DNA of 64,000 bases from an uncultured Bacilli bacterium (GTDB lineage Bacteria; Bacillota_I; Bacilli_A; RF39; UBA660): NCBI GenBank assembly GCA_947626655.1, contig CANQTA010000001.1:22750-86749 (forward strand), in the 5' to 3' direction. Made by a program: the position numbers and the translations under genes. Below are positions 1 to 10,230 of this stretch, piece after piece. Below the pieces are notes generated by a model. The model saw only the letters and a list, made by a program, of their open reading frames with translations, made no database searches and was not told the origin of the DNA. Each line of letters opens with the position of its first letter. Within the stretch, counting starts at the first letter, position 1.

Positions 1-16
1 AGTTTTAAAACTTTTA

Positions 17-235
17 TTGTTTGTTGTTGTATTTTTTATCATTTTAATAATTATTTCTTTAATTTTAGCATTGATTTTTAGTTTATTTGTTTATTTTTTG
101 CAAGTGTTTGGTGTTAATCTTAAATTTATAAGTTTTAGAAGTGCTGAAAAAAATAATTTTAGTGATTTAGATCATGTTAAAATAAATGATGTTATTGATA
201 AAGCTCCTGATCATACTATTGATATTTTAAAGTAA
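17..235 (+). CDS. hypothetical small hydrophobic protein (72 aa), inside the integrated element at the window start
   Basis: ORF with a very hydrophobic N-terminus (FVVVFFIILIIISLILALIF). No recognisable domain. Confidence 0.25.
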   Translation: MFVVVFFIILIIISLILALIFSLFVYFLQVFGVNLKFISFRSAEKNNFSDLDHVKINDVIDKAPDHTIDILK

Positions 236-269
236 TTTTTTATGTGATATAATATCTTTAGGTGATTTC

Positions 270-458
270 ATGGAAAAGAAATTTAATAAGGTTAAGTATG
301 ATATTGAATATAGAAAAAAACATAAAAAATCTATTTTAATAGATTTAAATATTGATGAATATGAAGAATTACAAAAATTACTTCATATTGCTAATATAAG
401 TAAAACTCAATTGTTCCGTAATGCTATTGCCGATTTAAGAAAATCTCTTGAGAAATAG
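270..458 (+). CDS. small ribbon-helix-helix/CopG-like DNA-binding protein (62 aa), mobile-element accessory
   Basis: RBS taggtga 6 nt upstream of ATG. Short basic protein ending in KTQLFRNAIADLRKSLEK, typical of RHH regulators found near integrases. Confidence 0.35.
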   Translation: MEKKFNKVKYDIEYRKKHKKSILIDLNIDEYEELQKLLHIANISKTQLFRNAIADLRKSLEK

Positions 459-475
459 AGATTTTTAAATTCCTA

Positions 476-504
476 TTGACACTACCTATGTAGTTTGATA
501 TAAT
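476..504 (+). promoter_or_regulatory. consensus sigma70-type promoter (TTGACA, 17-nt spacer, TATAAT)
   Basis: ttgaca at 476-481, a 17-nt spacer, then tataat at 499-504. It drives the 54-aa ORF at 528 and possibly int. Confidence 0.5.
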
Positions 505-527
505 ACTTAGTGAAATGAGGTGAATTT

Positions 528-692
528 ATGAAAGTTGCATTTATAATGTCTTTTTATCTTTCTCATGATGATAATGTTGATGATTTAGTACCTAAACTTA
601 ATTTATGTTTAAAGAAAGGTTATCAAGCATTTATTAATTCACGTGATGTGGGTAATTATGTACTTCATTGCTTGTATATTACAAAAAAATAA
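528..692 (+). CDS. hypothetical 54-aa protein
   Basis: RBS gaaatgaggtga precedes the ATG at 528. Translates MKVAFIMSFYLSHDDNVDDLVPKLNLCLKKGYQAFINSRDVGNYVLHCLYITKK. It lies under the ORF-track size cutoff. Confidence 0.3.
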   Translation: MKVAFIMSFYLSHDDNVDDLVPKLNLCLKKGYQAFINSRDVGNYVLHCLYITKK

Positions 693-740
693 TTTATAAT
701 TATATTAGGTGATGTTATATGATTTAGGGGGAAATAATTG

Positions 741-1703
741 ATGAACTTCGAGGAAGTTTATAAAGAGTTTTTGATATATAGTAAGAATCGCTATAAAAAA
801 CAAGGGTTTTATAATTTGTCTCATGATTTTAATAATAAAGTTTTGCCATATTTTAGAGATCGAAATATTGAAGATATTACTAAGATTGATATTCTCAATT
901 GGCAAAATAAAATACTAGAGTTTAATTATAGGAATAGTTATAATTCTAGATTATATTTTTGTTTTAATACTTTTATGCAATTTTGTTGTGATTATCATGA
1001 TTTAGAACATAATTATGTAAAAGAAGTTGGTTGTTTTAGAAAGAAAATTGAAGAAAAGCATTTTGATTTTTATAATTTACGTGAATATCGAAGATTTATA
1101 AGACATCTACATAGTAGGATTTATAAATGTTATTTTGAATTTTTGTATTTTACTGGAGTTCGTCCAAGTGAAGCTATGGCATTAAAATTAAGTGATCGTA
1201 AAGGTTTTTATATTCGAATTAATAAGAATATTCAAAGAAAAGGCAATCGAGAATTAGATACACTTAAAAATTCTTCTAGTTATAGAACTATTAAAATTGA
1301 TTTAATTTTGAGATTTCATTTATGGCGTTTAAAAAGATATTACTTTAAAATCTATTATGACAAAAATTTTGATTATTTTATTTTTGGTGGGAAAAGACCG
1401 TTGGCACCGACTACAATTGATCGGTATAAATTTAAAGCTTGCAAGGAAGCACATATTAGACCAATTACTATGCACCAATTTAGGCATAGTCATGCAACTT
1501 TGTTGCTTCAGAGAGGCATTATGATTAATGAAGTTGCAAGAAGATTAGGGCATAGTGAGGTATCAACTACTTTAAATATTTATGCTCATACTGATTTATT
1601 GCAAGAAAAAAGAGTATTTAATACTCTTAATTCGATGAGATTCAATTTTTTTTATAATCTGTCTCAAGATTTTAAAAATTTTTTCTCTATATTAAAGCGT
1701 TAA
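741..1703 (+). CDS. int: tyrosine-type site-specific recombinase / phage-family integrase
   Basis: RBS gggggaaataattg then ATG at 741 (the track start at 738 is a TTG). C-terminal catalytic signature HQFRHSHATLLLQRGIMINEVARRLGHSEVSTTLNIYAHT, with R..H..R..Y residues. The tRNA-Glu 3' end lies 17 bp past the stop. Confidence 0.85.
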   Translation: MNFEEVYKEFLIYSKNRYKKQGFYNLSHDFNNKVLPYFRDRNIEDITKIDILNWQNKILEFNYRNSYNSRLYFCFNTFMQFCCDYHDLEHNYVKEVGCFRKKIEEKHFDFYNLREYRRFIRHLHSRIYKCYFEFLYFTGVRPSEAMALKLSDRKGFYIRINKNIQRKGNRELDTLKNSSSYRTIKIDLILRFHLWRLKRYYFKIYYDKNFDYFIFGGKRPLAPTTIDRYKFKACKEAHIRPITMHQFRHSHATLLLQRGIMINEVARRLGHSEVSTTLNIYAHTDLLQEKRVFNTLNSMRFNFFYNLSQDFKNFFSILKR

Positions 1704-1719
1704 AGCTTTAATAACTAAA

Positions 1720-1796
1720 TGGTGACCCGTACGGGATTTGAACCCATGAATGCATGCGTGAAAGGCATGTGTGTTCAACCACTTCACCAACGGGCC
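1720..1796 (-). tRNA. tRNA-Glu (anticodon UUC)
   Basis: Reverse complement reads GGCCCGTTGGTGAAGTGGTTGAACACACATGCCTTTCACGCATGCATTCATGGGTTCAAATCCCGTACGGGTCACCA. It folds as a cloverleaf with a 7-bp acceptor stem, anticodon stem CATGC/GCATG, loop CTTTCAC and an encoded CCA. Confidence 0.85.
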
Positions 1797-1807
1797 ATAA
1801 CATTAAA

Positions 1808-1884
<77 letters not shown>

Positions 1885-1998
1885 AATTTGTCACGTCTAG
1901 TAAATTGTATAATAAACTTATGAAAAAAGCAAGAGATTTTTGCTAAATTTTTGTAAAAAATTAAAATTTTATGATATAATTTTGTAGTAGGTGATATT

Positions 1999-2640
1999 AT
2001 GCGAAATTTAATGAAAAGTTTATTACTATTATTAGTAATCGGACTTATTGTTGCGGGGGTAATATTTTTTAAGGATTTTAAAGAAAAAAGACGAATTGCA
2101 GAAATAAAAAAAGGCTGGTATATTGAAGTAACTCATTATGAACCAATAAATATTAGAGAAAAAAATGATATTCATAGTAAACTTTTGGGAACGGCTGAAA
2201 TTGGGTCTGTTTATAAAGTTTTGGATGCTGATGCCACAAGTAGTAGTACTTTATACTGGTATAAAGTAGATTATGATGGTACTGAAGCTTGGATAGCCTC
2301 TAATAAAAGAAAACCTTGGGTTAAAGATGTCAACAATCCAATTGATATTGTAACACCAACAGTTAAATTTGAATCTAACATTTTATATGTTCCTACTATC
2401 GATGATATTAACTATAAACATTTAGAGGTAGTCGAAGATAGTGATGATTATGAAATAACTCATGTTGTTTATCATGAAGTAAAGGATAGTGAATTTACTG
2501 GCCGTGTTGATCAATATTGGATTTTATATACTATTACGGATGGTACTGGCAAGCATAGTTCTAAAATGCAACAAGTTATTTTTGATATTAACCCAGACGA
2601 ATCACGAGTTTTAGATTTTGAAGATTATCATGTCGAGTAA
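1999..2640 (+). CDS. membrane-anchored protein with SH3b-like domain (213 aa)
   Basis: Extended -10 tgatataat upstream. N-terminal TM helix LLLLLVIGLIVAGVIFF. The segment YKVLDADATSSSTLYWYKVDYDGTEAWIASN resembles a bacterial SH3 domain. Confidence 0.4.
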   Translation: MRNLMKSLLLLLVIGLIVAGVIFFKDFKEKRRIAEIKKGWYIEVTHYEPINIREKNDIHSKLLGTAEIGSVYKVLDADATSSSTLYWYKVDYDGTEAWIASNKRKPWVKDVNNPIDIVTPTVKFESNILYVPTIDDINYKHLEVVEDSDDYEITHVVYHEVKDSEFTGRVDQYWILYTITDGTGKHSSKMQQVIFDINPDESRVLDFEDYHVE

Positions 2641-2700
2641 AATGCAAACATCTTGCATTTTCTTTTTTTTTACGCTATAATTATTAAGCAAGTTATTTAT

Positions 2701-2776
2701 GTCTCCTTAGCTCAGCTGGTAGAGCAATCGACTCTTAATCGATGGGTCTAGGGTTCGAATCCCTAAGGGGACACCA
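2701..2776 (+). tRNA. tRNA-Lys (anticodon CUU)
   Basis: GTCTCCTTAGCTCAGCTGGTAGAGCAATCGACTCTTAATCGATGGGTCTAGGGTTCGAATCCCTAAGGGGACACCA. Anticodon stem ATCGA/TCGAT with loop CTCTTAA. Confidence 0.8.
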
Positions 2777-2785
2777 TATTGTTAA

Positions 2786-2812
2786 TTACTCCGTATTTGC
2801 GGAGTTTTTTTA
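2786..2812 (+). terminator. rho-independent terminator after tRNA-Lys
   Basis: actccgtatttgcggagt hairpin followed by ttttttt. Confidence 0.6.
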
Positions 2813-2820
2813 ATTTTCTT

Positions 2821-3330
2821 TTAATTTTCTTTTAATTTACTAACTGAAAGAATAGCGCCGGTTAATGCATTAGTTTTATAATCATATTTAATATTATTGT
2901 AATAGAATATCGTATTATAAATAGGAATTTGTTCTTGTAAACTAACATCATTTGATATTAAATTACAATCATATCTATTTAAAGAAGCGTGTTTGAAAAC
3001 TATATCTAAGATAGCATCACTGCTTAAATATTCTAAGCTAGAAGTTAGACTTTCTTTCACTCTTTGAATAATTTTTTTACTATGAGCATCAATTTTATAA
3101 GTATAAACATTTAAATTATCTTGAAATTCTAATGTATAGATATAATTTTTATTAGTATAAGTATATTCTATCTTATTAAAAGTAATTTTATTATTAGTTG
3201 CTAAATCTTTAAGAGCAATTTCTTTCGCAGTATCTTCATCAATATACTTGTGTTTTTCATAATACCTATAATACGTTATCCCTAATAGCAAACTTAAAAT
3301 TAATATAATTATTAAAACAATTCTTTTCAT
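2821..3330 (-). CDS. membrane-anchored PepSY-domain-like protein (169 aa)
   Basis: N-terminal TM helix. The segment EDTAKEIALKDLATNNKITFNKIEYTYTNKNYIYTLEFQDNLNVYTYKIDAHSKKII matches the PepSY pattern. Confidence 0.4.
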   Translation of the reverse strand: MKRIVLIIILILSLLLGITYYRYYEKHKYIDEDTAKEIALKDLATNNKITFNKIEYTYTNKNYIYTLEFQDNLNVYTYKIDAHSKKIIQRVKESLTSSLEYLSSDAILDIVFKHASLNRYDCNLISNDVSLQEQIPIYNTIFYYNNIKYDYKTNALTGAILSVSKLKEN

Positions 3331-3387
3331 AAGATAATCATATCATAAAATAGGAAATTATGGTATACTAGTTAGTAGGTGATTGAC

Positions 3388-4662
3388 ATGTTTGTTGATG
3401 AAATAACTTTAAAAGTAATAGCAGGAGCTGGTGGTGATGGCTGTACTTCATTTCGTCGAGAAAAATTTGTACCAATGGGTGGTCCTGATGGTGGTAATGG
3501 TGGTAAAGGCTCTAATATTATTTTTGCAGTTGATATGGGATTAAAAACATTAATCGACTTACGTTATCAAAAAATTATTAAAGGAGAAAAAGGTGTTAAT
3601 GGCAAAGGTTCTAATAAGTATGGTGCAAATGCTAATGATATAATTATAAATGTTCCAATCGGTACAACCATAACGGATTTAGATACAGGGCTTATTATTG
3701 CCGATTTAGTTAATGAAAATGATCAAGTTGTGGTTGCTCATGGTGGAAGAGGAGGCAAAGGTAATAAAGCTTTTGCTACTCATGATAATCCTGCTCCTAA
3801 GTTTAGTGAAAAGGGGGAACCAGGCGAAATTAGACTTATTAAATGTGAATTAAAAATGTTAGCGGATGTTGGTTTAGTTGGTCTTCCTTCTGTTGGGAAA
3901 AGTACCTTAATTAGTCAAATTAGTGCTTCTAAGCCTAAAATTGCAGCTTATCATTTTACTACACTTACTCCTAATCTAGGGGTAGTTAAATTAAAAGATC
4001 ATCGCTCATTTGTAATGGCTGATTTACCGGGTCTTATTGCTGGTGCTAGCGAAGGAGTGGGACTTGGTGATAAGTTTTTAAAACATATTGAAAGAACTAA
4101 AATAATTTGCCATGTTTTAGATATGAGTGGTAGTGATGGAAGAGATCCGCTAGATGATTATGAAGTAATTAGAAAAGAATTAACTAATTATAGTAATAAA
4201 CTAGCATTGAAATATGAAATAATTGTGGCAAACAAAATGGATTTAACTAGTGCGCAAGCTAATTTAGTTAAATTTAAGAAAAAATATCCAACTAAAATTA
4301 TTTATCCAATAAGTGCGATGCAAAATACAGGAATTGCCGATTTATTAAAGTTTCTTGCTGATACTTTAGAAGAAATACCTTTAACTGATGTTTATGAAGA
4401 TACAAAATTGGAAAGTCATATGATTTTTAAATTTAAATCAGAAAAACCTTATACAATTACTAAGGAAAATGACGTTTGGGTTATTAGAGGTAAAGAAATT
4501 GAAAAATTATTTAATATGACGAAATTTAATGAAGATGAAGCAGTTTTACGATTTGCAAGAAAATTAAAAGGAATGGGAGTAGAAGAAGAATTAGAAAATT
4601 TAGGAGCTCAAAGAGGCGATGAAGTGCAAATTTTAGATTATATTTTTGAATTTAAAGAATAG
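3388..4662 (+). CDS. obg: GTPase Obg/CgtA
   Basis: MFVDEITLKVIAGAGGDGCTSFRREKFVPMGGPDGGNGG glycine-rich Obg fold. G-domain motifs GLPSVGKST and DLPGLI. An OCT-like C-terminus is present. RBS aggtga precedes the ATG at 3388. Confidence 0.9.
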   Translation: MFVDEITLKVIAGAGGDGCTSFRREKFVPMGGPDGGNGGKGSNIIFAVDMGLKTLIDLRYQKIIKGEKGVNGKGSNKYGANANDIIINVPIGTTITDLDTGLIIADLVNENDQVVVAHGGRGGKGNKAFATHDNPAPKFSEKGEPGEIRLIKCELKMLADVGLVGLPSVGKSTLISQISASKPKIAAYHFTTLTPNLGVVKLKDHRSFVMADLPGLIAGASEGVGLGDKFLKHIERTKIICHVLDMSGSDGRDPLDDYEVIRKELTNYSNKLALKYEIIVANKMDLTSAQANLVKFKKKYPTKIIYPISAMQNTGIADLLKFLADTLEEIPLTDVYEDTKLESHMIFKFKSEKPYTITKENDVWVIRGKEIEKLFNMTKFNEDEAVLRFARKLKGMGVEEELENLGAQRGDEVQILDYIFEFKE

Positions 4663-4702
4663 TAAAATTGATGACTATTCTTTTTTATTGACTTTAAGTT
4701 AT

Positions 4703-4731
4703 TGATTATTTAATTTAAATAGTTTATAATT
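4703..4731 (+). promoter_or_regulatory. sigma70-like promoter for the intact surface-protein paralog
   Basis: ttgatt at 4703-4708, a 17-nt spacer, then tataat at 4726-4731. Confidence 0.4.
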
Positions 4732-4768
4732 ACTTATATAGTAGATAGAACAAAAGGGTGATAAGAAA

Positions 4769-6391
4769 ATGAATGATTATTCAGAAAATAATGAAGAAAA
4801 AATTAAGGAAGAAGAACATAAAGATGGAATGCGACATTTTTTGGTTTATGCAATTATTTTTGTAGCAATATTGATAATAGCTGCGATAACTGCTACCTTT
4901 GCTTATTTTACCGCTAATGTGGATATGACTAATAGTAGACCAACTAATATTGTTGGTACTACCGAATGCATTGATGTGCAATTTGAAGTTGAAAGTGATG
5001 CTGATGGTATTGAATTACCATTAAACTATCCGATTAGTGATGAATATGCCATGGAATATGGCCATGTAAAACCAGTTACTGTAAAAGTAATTAATAAATG
5101 TACTAATGAAAAACAAGAACCTATTGATTATACTTTGGCTATTACAACAGTTGGTAATAATCCTACTGAAACTGATAAGGGATCTATAACTGATAATAAA
5201 ATTAGATTTCTATTCGAAAAGGAAACAAAGAGTACTGGCGAACTAACTCAACCTGAAAATCCTGATTATTTGACCAGTTTAGATATTTTAGATTCAATGT
5301 CTACTAACTATACTTTAATTAAACAAAGTTTTTTAAATGAACATCGGATTAATTTAAGTGATTATAGTTGGTCAAATATATATAAGATAGATGCGGACAG
5401 TATTGCGACTAATTCAACTAATGTTTATAAAATCTATTTATGGATTGATTATTATGAAGGGGATGCTGATGCTTACACAAGTGGTACTCATACAAGCGAG
5501 GGGTATGATAATTCTACTAAGGGGCAAACATTTAAATCATTAATTAGCCTAGTAGTTAATAATAATGAAAATGCTACTGGTAATATAGATAATTATATTT
5601 GGACAAAGGCTATTACAGGTGGTGAACAAGTAATTGCTAAAAATCCTCAAGGTTTAGTTACTACCACAGATGAAAGTGATTTAGTACGAAGATTTGTGGG
5701 TACAGATGTTAATAATTATATTTGTATAAATAATGAAAAATGTGAAGAAAATGATGAATATATGTATCGAATTATTGGTTTGACTGAAGATGGCAAATTG
5801 AAATTAATCAAAGCAACTCCTTATAAAGAAAGTGCTTCTATTGCTTGGGATACTAGTTATACTACTGATAGACAATGGGGTGTAACTACATTAAATAGTG
5901 AATTAAATGCACCAAGCTTTTTAAGTAATCCTAGTTATATTCCAGAAATATTAAAATCAAAAATAATATTAAATAATTGGAAACAAGGTTTAGTTGTTAA
6001 TAACGAAGAAGAAGGGGCAGAAGAAATAACGGCAAGTGAAATAATTACAGGAGAAAATAGTGCCGTTGATACTATATCTCGTCATATTGGACTTATGTAT
6101 TTAAGCGATTATGCCTTAGCTACTTCTAGTAATGAAACTAGTTGTGTTAGTACTACTTGTGATAATTGGTTAAAAGATACAACAAATACATTATGGACAA
6201 TGACTCGTTATGGTAAAGAAAAAACTAATAATCGTTATAGTGCTTGGACAATAAAAACTGATGGAACTGTTACTCATACAAATGTTGATCAAACCAATGT
6301 AGTTTATCCAGTTTTCTATCTACAATCTAATGTAACTATAAGAGGTGGCGATGGTTCTATAACTGATCCAATGATTGTTATATTCCAATAA
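4769..6391 (+). CDS. surface/secreted protein, intact member of a paralogous family (540 aa); N-terminal signal anchor, Thr/Asn/Ser-rich
   Basis: RBS aagggtga. A cytoplasmic N-tail is followed by the TM helix FLVYAIIFVAILIIAAITATFAYF. The C-terminal half is clearly homologous to the 60086.. and 40841.. products (shared blocks YICI..C..NDEYMYRIIG, LKLIKAT, HIGLMYLSDY, CDNWLKD, VYPVFYL..GGDGS..P). Confidence 0.7.
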   Translation: MNDYSENNEEKIKEEEHKDGMRHFLVYAIIFVAILIIAAITATFAYFTANVDMTNSRPTNIVGTTECIDVQFEVESDADGIELPLNYPISDEYAMEYGHVKPVTVKVINKCTNEKQEPIDYTLAITTVGNNPTETDKGSITDNKIRFLFEKETKSTGELTQPENPDYLTSLDILDSMSTNYTLIKQSFLNEHRINLSDYSWSNIYKIDADSIATNSTNVYKIYLWIDYYEGDADAYTSGTHTSEGYDNSTKGQTFKSLISLVVNNNENATGNIDNYIWTKAITGGEQVIAKNPQGLVTTTDESDLVRRFVGTDVNNYICINNEKCEENDEYMYRIIGLTEDGKLKLIKATPYKESASIAWDTSYTTDRQWGVTTLNSELNAPSFLSNPSYIPEILKSKIILNNWKQGLVVNNEEEGAEEITASEIITGENSAVDTISRHIGLMYLSDYALATSSNETSCVSTTCDNWLKDTTNTLWTMTRYGKEKTNNRYSAWTIKTDGTVTHTNVDQTNVVYPVFYLQSNVTIRGGDGSITDPMIVIFQ

Positions 6392-6399
6392 AGTAAATT

Positions 6400-6438
6400 T
6401 AAGTAATGGACAATAAAGTTCTATTACTTTTTTTTAAT
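6400..6438 (+). terminator. possible weak intrinsic terminator
   Basis: agtaat..(15-nt loop)..attact followed by tttttttt. Confidence 0.3.
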
Positions 6439-6511
6439 AAAATAATTTTTTTCAATTATTTAAATGGACTTTAAAGAGTGTTTTTGATACAATAAAAATG
6501 GTGATAGAATT

Positions 6512-7069
6512 ATGTATAGTTATTTTAATGGACGAATAGATAATGTCAGTAGTGATAGTGTAGTTATTGATGTTAATAATATTGGTTATAAGATTTTTGT
6601 TCCCAATCCTTTTAGCTATGAAGTTGGCAGCGAATATAAAATTTATGTTTATAGTCATATTAGAGAAGATGAATATTCTTTGTATGGGTTTAAGAACCTT
6701 GAAGAAAAAGAATTATTCATGAAATTAATTAATGTTAAAGGGATGGGTCCTAAAGTAGCATCAGGGATTTTTGCAACTGGTTCAATTAATGGTATAATAG
6801 ATGCAATTAATAAAGAAAATATTTTATATTTAACTAAATTTCCCAAAATTGGCGAAAAATTGGCTCGCCAAATAATATTAGATTTGAAGGGAAAAGTTGT
6901 TGCTGATAGTGATAATTTATATGAAGACAAAAGCATGGATGAACTTATTAGCGTTTTAGAAAATTTAGGTTATAAAACGAGCGAAATTAAGAAAATTATT
7001 CCTAATATCGATGCTAGCAAAACTTTAGAGGAACAAGTTAAAGATGCTTTAAAATTGCTTTTAAAATAA
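6512..7069 (+). CDS. ruvA: Holliday junction DNA helicase RuvA
   Basis: Typical RuvA N-terminus (MYSYFNGRIDNV..DSVVIDVNNIGYKIFVP), HhH region (KGMGPKVASGI) and a C-terminal domain. Lies directly upstream of ruvB. Confidence 0.85.
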   Translation: MYSYFNGRIDNVSSDSVVIDVNNIGYKIFVPNPFSYEVGSEYKIYVYSHIREDEYSLYGFKNLEEKELFMKLINVKGMGPKVASGIFATGSINGIIDAINKENILYLTKFPKIGEKLARQIILDLKGKVVADSDNLYEDKSMDELISVLENLGYKTSEIKKIIPNIDASKTLEEQVKDALKLLLK

Positions 7070-7153
7070 TTAAACAAACGTTTGAAAAAAGTATTGCAAA
7101 TCTAAAATAAGTATGTTAATATTAATTTGCAATAATAAATGGGGAGGTTAATT

Positions 7154-8170
7154 ATGGACGATCGAATTGTTAGCAGCGAATTAAAAGAAGAAGATTTATT
7201 TGAAAAAAGTATTAGACCCGAAAAATTAGATGAATATGTCGGTCAAAATGAAATAAAAGAAAATTTAAGAGTATTTATTAAAGCAGCCAAAATGCGCAAT
7301 GAACCACTTGACCATGTCTTATTATATGGACCACCAGGGCTTGGTAAAACAACTCTTGCTCATATTATTGCGAATGAATTAGGAGTTAATTTACGAACAG
7401 CTAGTGGACCAGCAATTGAAAAAAGTGGCGATTTAGCAGCGATTTTATCAAATTTAGAGCCTGGTGATGTATTATTTATTGATGAAATTCACCGTATGCC
7501 ATCTTTTATTGAAGAAATATTATATCCTGCTATGGAAGATTTTGAGATTGATTTAATGATTGGTGGAGGCGATGGCAAAAGTAAAAGTATCAAAATAAAT
7601 TTACCGCCATTTACTTTAGTGGGTGCTACCACAAGAGCTGGAGATTTATCAAGTCCTTTAAGGGATCGGTTTGGTATCGTTTCTAAACTAGAATACTATA
7701 CTTATGAAGAATTAAAAAATATTGTTATCAGAAGTGGCCGAGTTTTTGATATCAAAGTTGAAGAGGATGCGGCGATGGAACTAGCCAAAAGAAGCCGGAA
7801 AACTCCAAGAGTAGCCAATAGATTATTTCGAAGAGTTCGTGATTTTGCTTTGGTTGAAGGAACTGGCGTTATTGATATGGAAATAACTAAAAAAGCTTTG
7901 AAACGATTAAAAGTTGATGATTCAGGTTTAGATAATATCGATAGAGAATATTTAACTAGTTTGATTGAAAAATTTAATGGAGGACCAGTTGGGGTTGAAA
8001 CAATTGCAACCAGTATTGGAGAAGAAGTAACTACCGTTGAAGATGTTGTTGAACCTTATCTTTTACAAGAAGGCTTTATTAAAAGAACTCGTAGTGGTCG
8101 AATTGCAACAGAAAAAGCTTATCGAAGTTTAGGAATAGTCTATAATATGGGCTTATTTGATGGTGATTAA
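7154..8170 (+). CDS. ruvB: Holliday junction branch-migration ATPase RuvB
   Basis: Walker [12 protein letters not shown] and the motif VLFIDEIHR. The gggagg RBS places the start at 7154; the track start at 7139 lies inside the RBS. Confidence 0.9.
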   Translation: MDDRIVSSELKEEDLFEKSIRPEKLDEYVGQNEIKENLRVFIKAAKMRNEPLDHVLLYGPPGLGKTTLAHIIANELGVNLRTASGPAIEKSGDLAAILSNLEPGDVLFIDEIHRMPSFIEEILYPAMEDFEIDLMIGGGDGKSKSIKINLPPFTLVGATTRAGDLSSPLRDRFGIVSKLEYYTYEELKNIVIRSGRVFDIKVEEDAAMELAKRSRKTPRVANRLFRRVRDFALVEGTGVIDMEITKKALKRLKVDDSGLDNIDREYLTSLIEKFNGGPVGVETIATSIGEEVTTVEDVVEPYLLQEGFIKRTRSGRIATEKAYRSLGIVYNMGLFDGD

Positions 8171-8995
8171 ATGGAAATATTAGATGGAAAAAAAGTAAGT
8201 AGCGAAATACTTGCAAATGTTAAAGAAGAATTAGATAAAATAAAGAAGAAAATTGGTTTTGCCATTATTTGGGTTGGCGATAATCCCGCTAGTGAAATAT
8301 ATGTCCGAAATAAATTAAAGAAATGTATGGAATTAGGTATTGATGGTAAACTTTATCATTTAGCTGAAAATACTAAAGAAGAAGATTTATTAAAATTGAT
8401 TGAAAAATTAAATAATAATAAAGAAATTAACGGGATACTTTTGCAAAGTCCAGTACCGGCAGGAATTAACATAAATAAATGTTTTAATAAAATAGATTGT
8501 CGTAAAGATATTGATGGTTTCTCAAATGTCTCAGTAGGGAATTTATGGTTAGGAGAAAAAGGTTTTAGTTCTTGTACTCCGAAAGGAATTATTAAATTAT
8601 TAGATTATTATAAAATTCCCATAGAAAGTAAAAATGTTTGTATTATTAATCGCAGTAATATTGTTGGTAAGCCTTTAGCAGCTTTGTTTTTAGAAAGAAA
8701 TGCTACTGTTACGATATGCCATTCAAAAACCAAAAATTTAAGTGATTATACTAAGATGGCTGATATTGTTATTAGTGCAGTAGGTAAACCTAATTTTATT
8801 ACTGAAGATATAATTAAAGAAGGAGCAATTGTAATTGATGTGGGGATAAGCAGAATAGATGGTCATGTAGTTGGTGATGTTGATTTTGCTAAAGTCTCTC
8901 CCAAAGCTTCTTATATTACTCCTGTTCCTGGGGGAGTTGGACCAATGACAGTAGCAATGATATTCGAAAATATTTTAGATGCAGTAAGGGAGTGA
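8171..8995 (+). CDS. folD: bifunctional methylenetetrahydrofolate dehydrogenase/cyclohydrolase FolD
   Basis: FolD length and motifs ([36 protein letters not shown]). Confidence 0.85.
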   Translation: MEILDGKKVSSEILANVKEELDKIKKKIGFAIIWVGDNPASEIYVRNKLKKCMELGIDGKLYHLAENTKEEDLLKLIEKLNNNKEINGILLQSPVPAGININKCFNKIDCRKDIDGFSNVSVGNLWLGEKGFSSCTPKGIIKLLDYYKIPIESKNVCIINRSNIVGKPLAALFLERNATVTICHSKTKNLSDYTKMADIVISAVGKPNFITEDIIKEGAIVIDVGISRIDGHVVGDVDFAKVSPKASYITPVPGGVGPMTVAMIFENILDAVRE

Positions 8996-10221
8996 AAAAT
9001 GTGGATAAATATTTAAAAGATGCTTTGAAATTAGAAAGAAAAAGACAAGAGGAGAATATTGAGTTAATAGCTTCTGAAAATTACGTTTCTAAAGATGTTT
9101 TAACATTACAGGGAAGTATACTAACGAATAAATACGCAGAAGGGTATTCAGGAAAACGTTATTATGGTGGTTGTGAAAACATTGATATGTTTGAAAATCG
9201 TGCTATTGAACATTTAAAAAATTTATTTGGTTGTAAATTTGCTAATGTTCAACCTCATAGTGGTTCTAGTGCTAATATGGCTGTATATAAAGCTTTACTT
9301 AATGTTGGCGATAAAGTTATGGGGATGAATTTAAGTAATGGTGGGCATTTAACTCATGGTTATAAATTAAATTTTAGTGGAAAAGAATACGAAATAGTAA
9401 GTTATGATGTTGATGCAGAAACCGAAGTAATAGATTATGAAGCATTAAGAGAATTAGCTATCAAAGAAAAACCCAAAATGATTATTGCTGGTGCTTCTGC
9501 TTATTCAAGAATTATTGATTTTAAAAAATTTCGAGAAATATGTGATGAAGTTGGAGCTTATCTTTTTGTTGATATGGCTCATATAGCTGGTTTAGTTGCT
9601 GCTGGGCTTCATCCATCGCCAATACCTTACGCTGATGTTGTAACATCAACTACTCATAAAACATTAAGAGGACCAAGAGGAGGCATTATTTTAACTAATA
9701 ATGAAGAAATTGCTAAAAAGATAGATAAAACAATCTTCCCAGGTATTCAAGGTGGACCTCTTATGCATGTAATCGGTGCTAAAGCGGAGTGTTTTTATGA
9801 AGCATTACAACCCGAATTTAAAGAATATCAAAAACAAGTTATTAAAAATATTAAAGCCATGAGTGATGAATTTATTAAATTAGGATATCATGTCGTTAGC
9901 GGGGGAACTGATAATCATTTAATTTTATTAGATGTTAAAAGTGTTGGTTCAACTGGTAAGGAAGCAGAAACGTTACTAGATAAAATACATATTACTGTAA
10001 ATAAAAATACTATTCCTAAAGAAACTGAGAAGGCAACTATTGCTAGTGGAATTAGAATAGGTAGTCCAGCCATGACAACTAGAGGATTTAAGGAAGAAGA
10101 GTTTGTTAAAGTGGCGCATATTATTGATAAAGCAATTCGAAATAAAGATAATGAAGAAGTATTAAAGGAATTAACTAAAGAAGTTTTAGAACTTACTAGT
10201 AAGCATCCTTTAAATTATTGA
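8992..10221 (+). CDS. glyA: serine hydroxymethyltransferase
   Basis: LIASENYVS.., the PLP-lysine region [14 protein letters not shown], 409 aa. Confidence 0.9.
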   Translation: MKNVDKYLKDALKLERKRQEENIELIASENYVSKDVLTLQGSILTNKYAEGYSGKRYYGGCENIDMFENRAIEHLKNLFGCKFANVQPHSGSSANMAVYKALLNVGDKVMGMNLSNGGHLTHGYKLNFSGKEYEIVSYDVDAETEVIDYEALRELAIKEKPKMIIAGASAYSRIIDFKKFREICDEVGAYLFVDMAHIAGLVAAGLHPSPIPYADVVTSTTHKTLRGPRGGIILTNNEEIAKKIDKTIFPGIQGGPLMHVIGAKAECFYEALQPEFKEYQKQVIKNIKAMSDEFIKLGYHVVSGGTDNHLILLDVKSVGSTGKEAETLLDKIHITVNKNTIPKETEKATIASGIRIGSPAMTTRGFKEEEFVKVAHIIDKAIRNKDNEEVLKELTKEVLELTSKHPLNY

Positions 10222-10230
10222 GAGGTATAT

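Larger units (their letters stand above)
1..1720. mobile_element. right end of an integrated element (prophage/ICE/IME) bounded by the tRNA-Glu 3' end; its body lies upstream of the window
   Basis: Integrase gene immediately beside the 3' end of tRNA-Glu, with small RHH and hydrophobic ORFs and a consensus promoter. The other attachment site and the rest of the element are not in the window. Confidence 0.45.

Noticed and set aside
6655-6936. Minus-strand ORFs inside ruvA, queA (13115..13348), tgt (18279..18497), relA (55795..56139), lepA (45843..46025; 46115..46336), mnmA (58706..58897) and others listed in the track
   Set aside because: Shadow ORFs in an AT-rich genome overlapping strongly supported conserved genes. 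No independent evidence.
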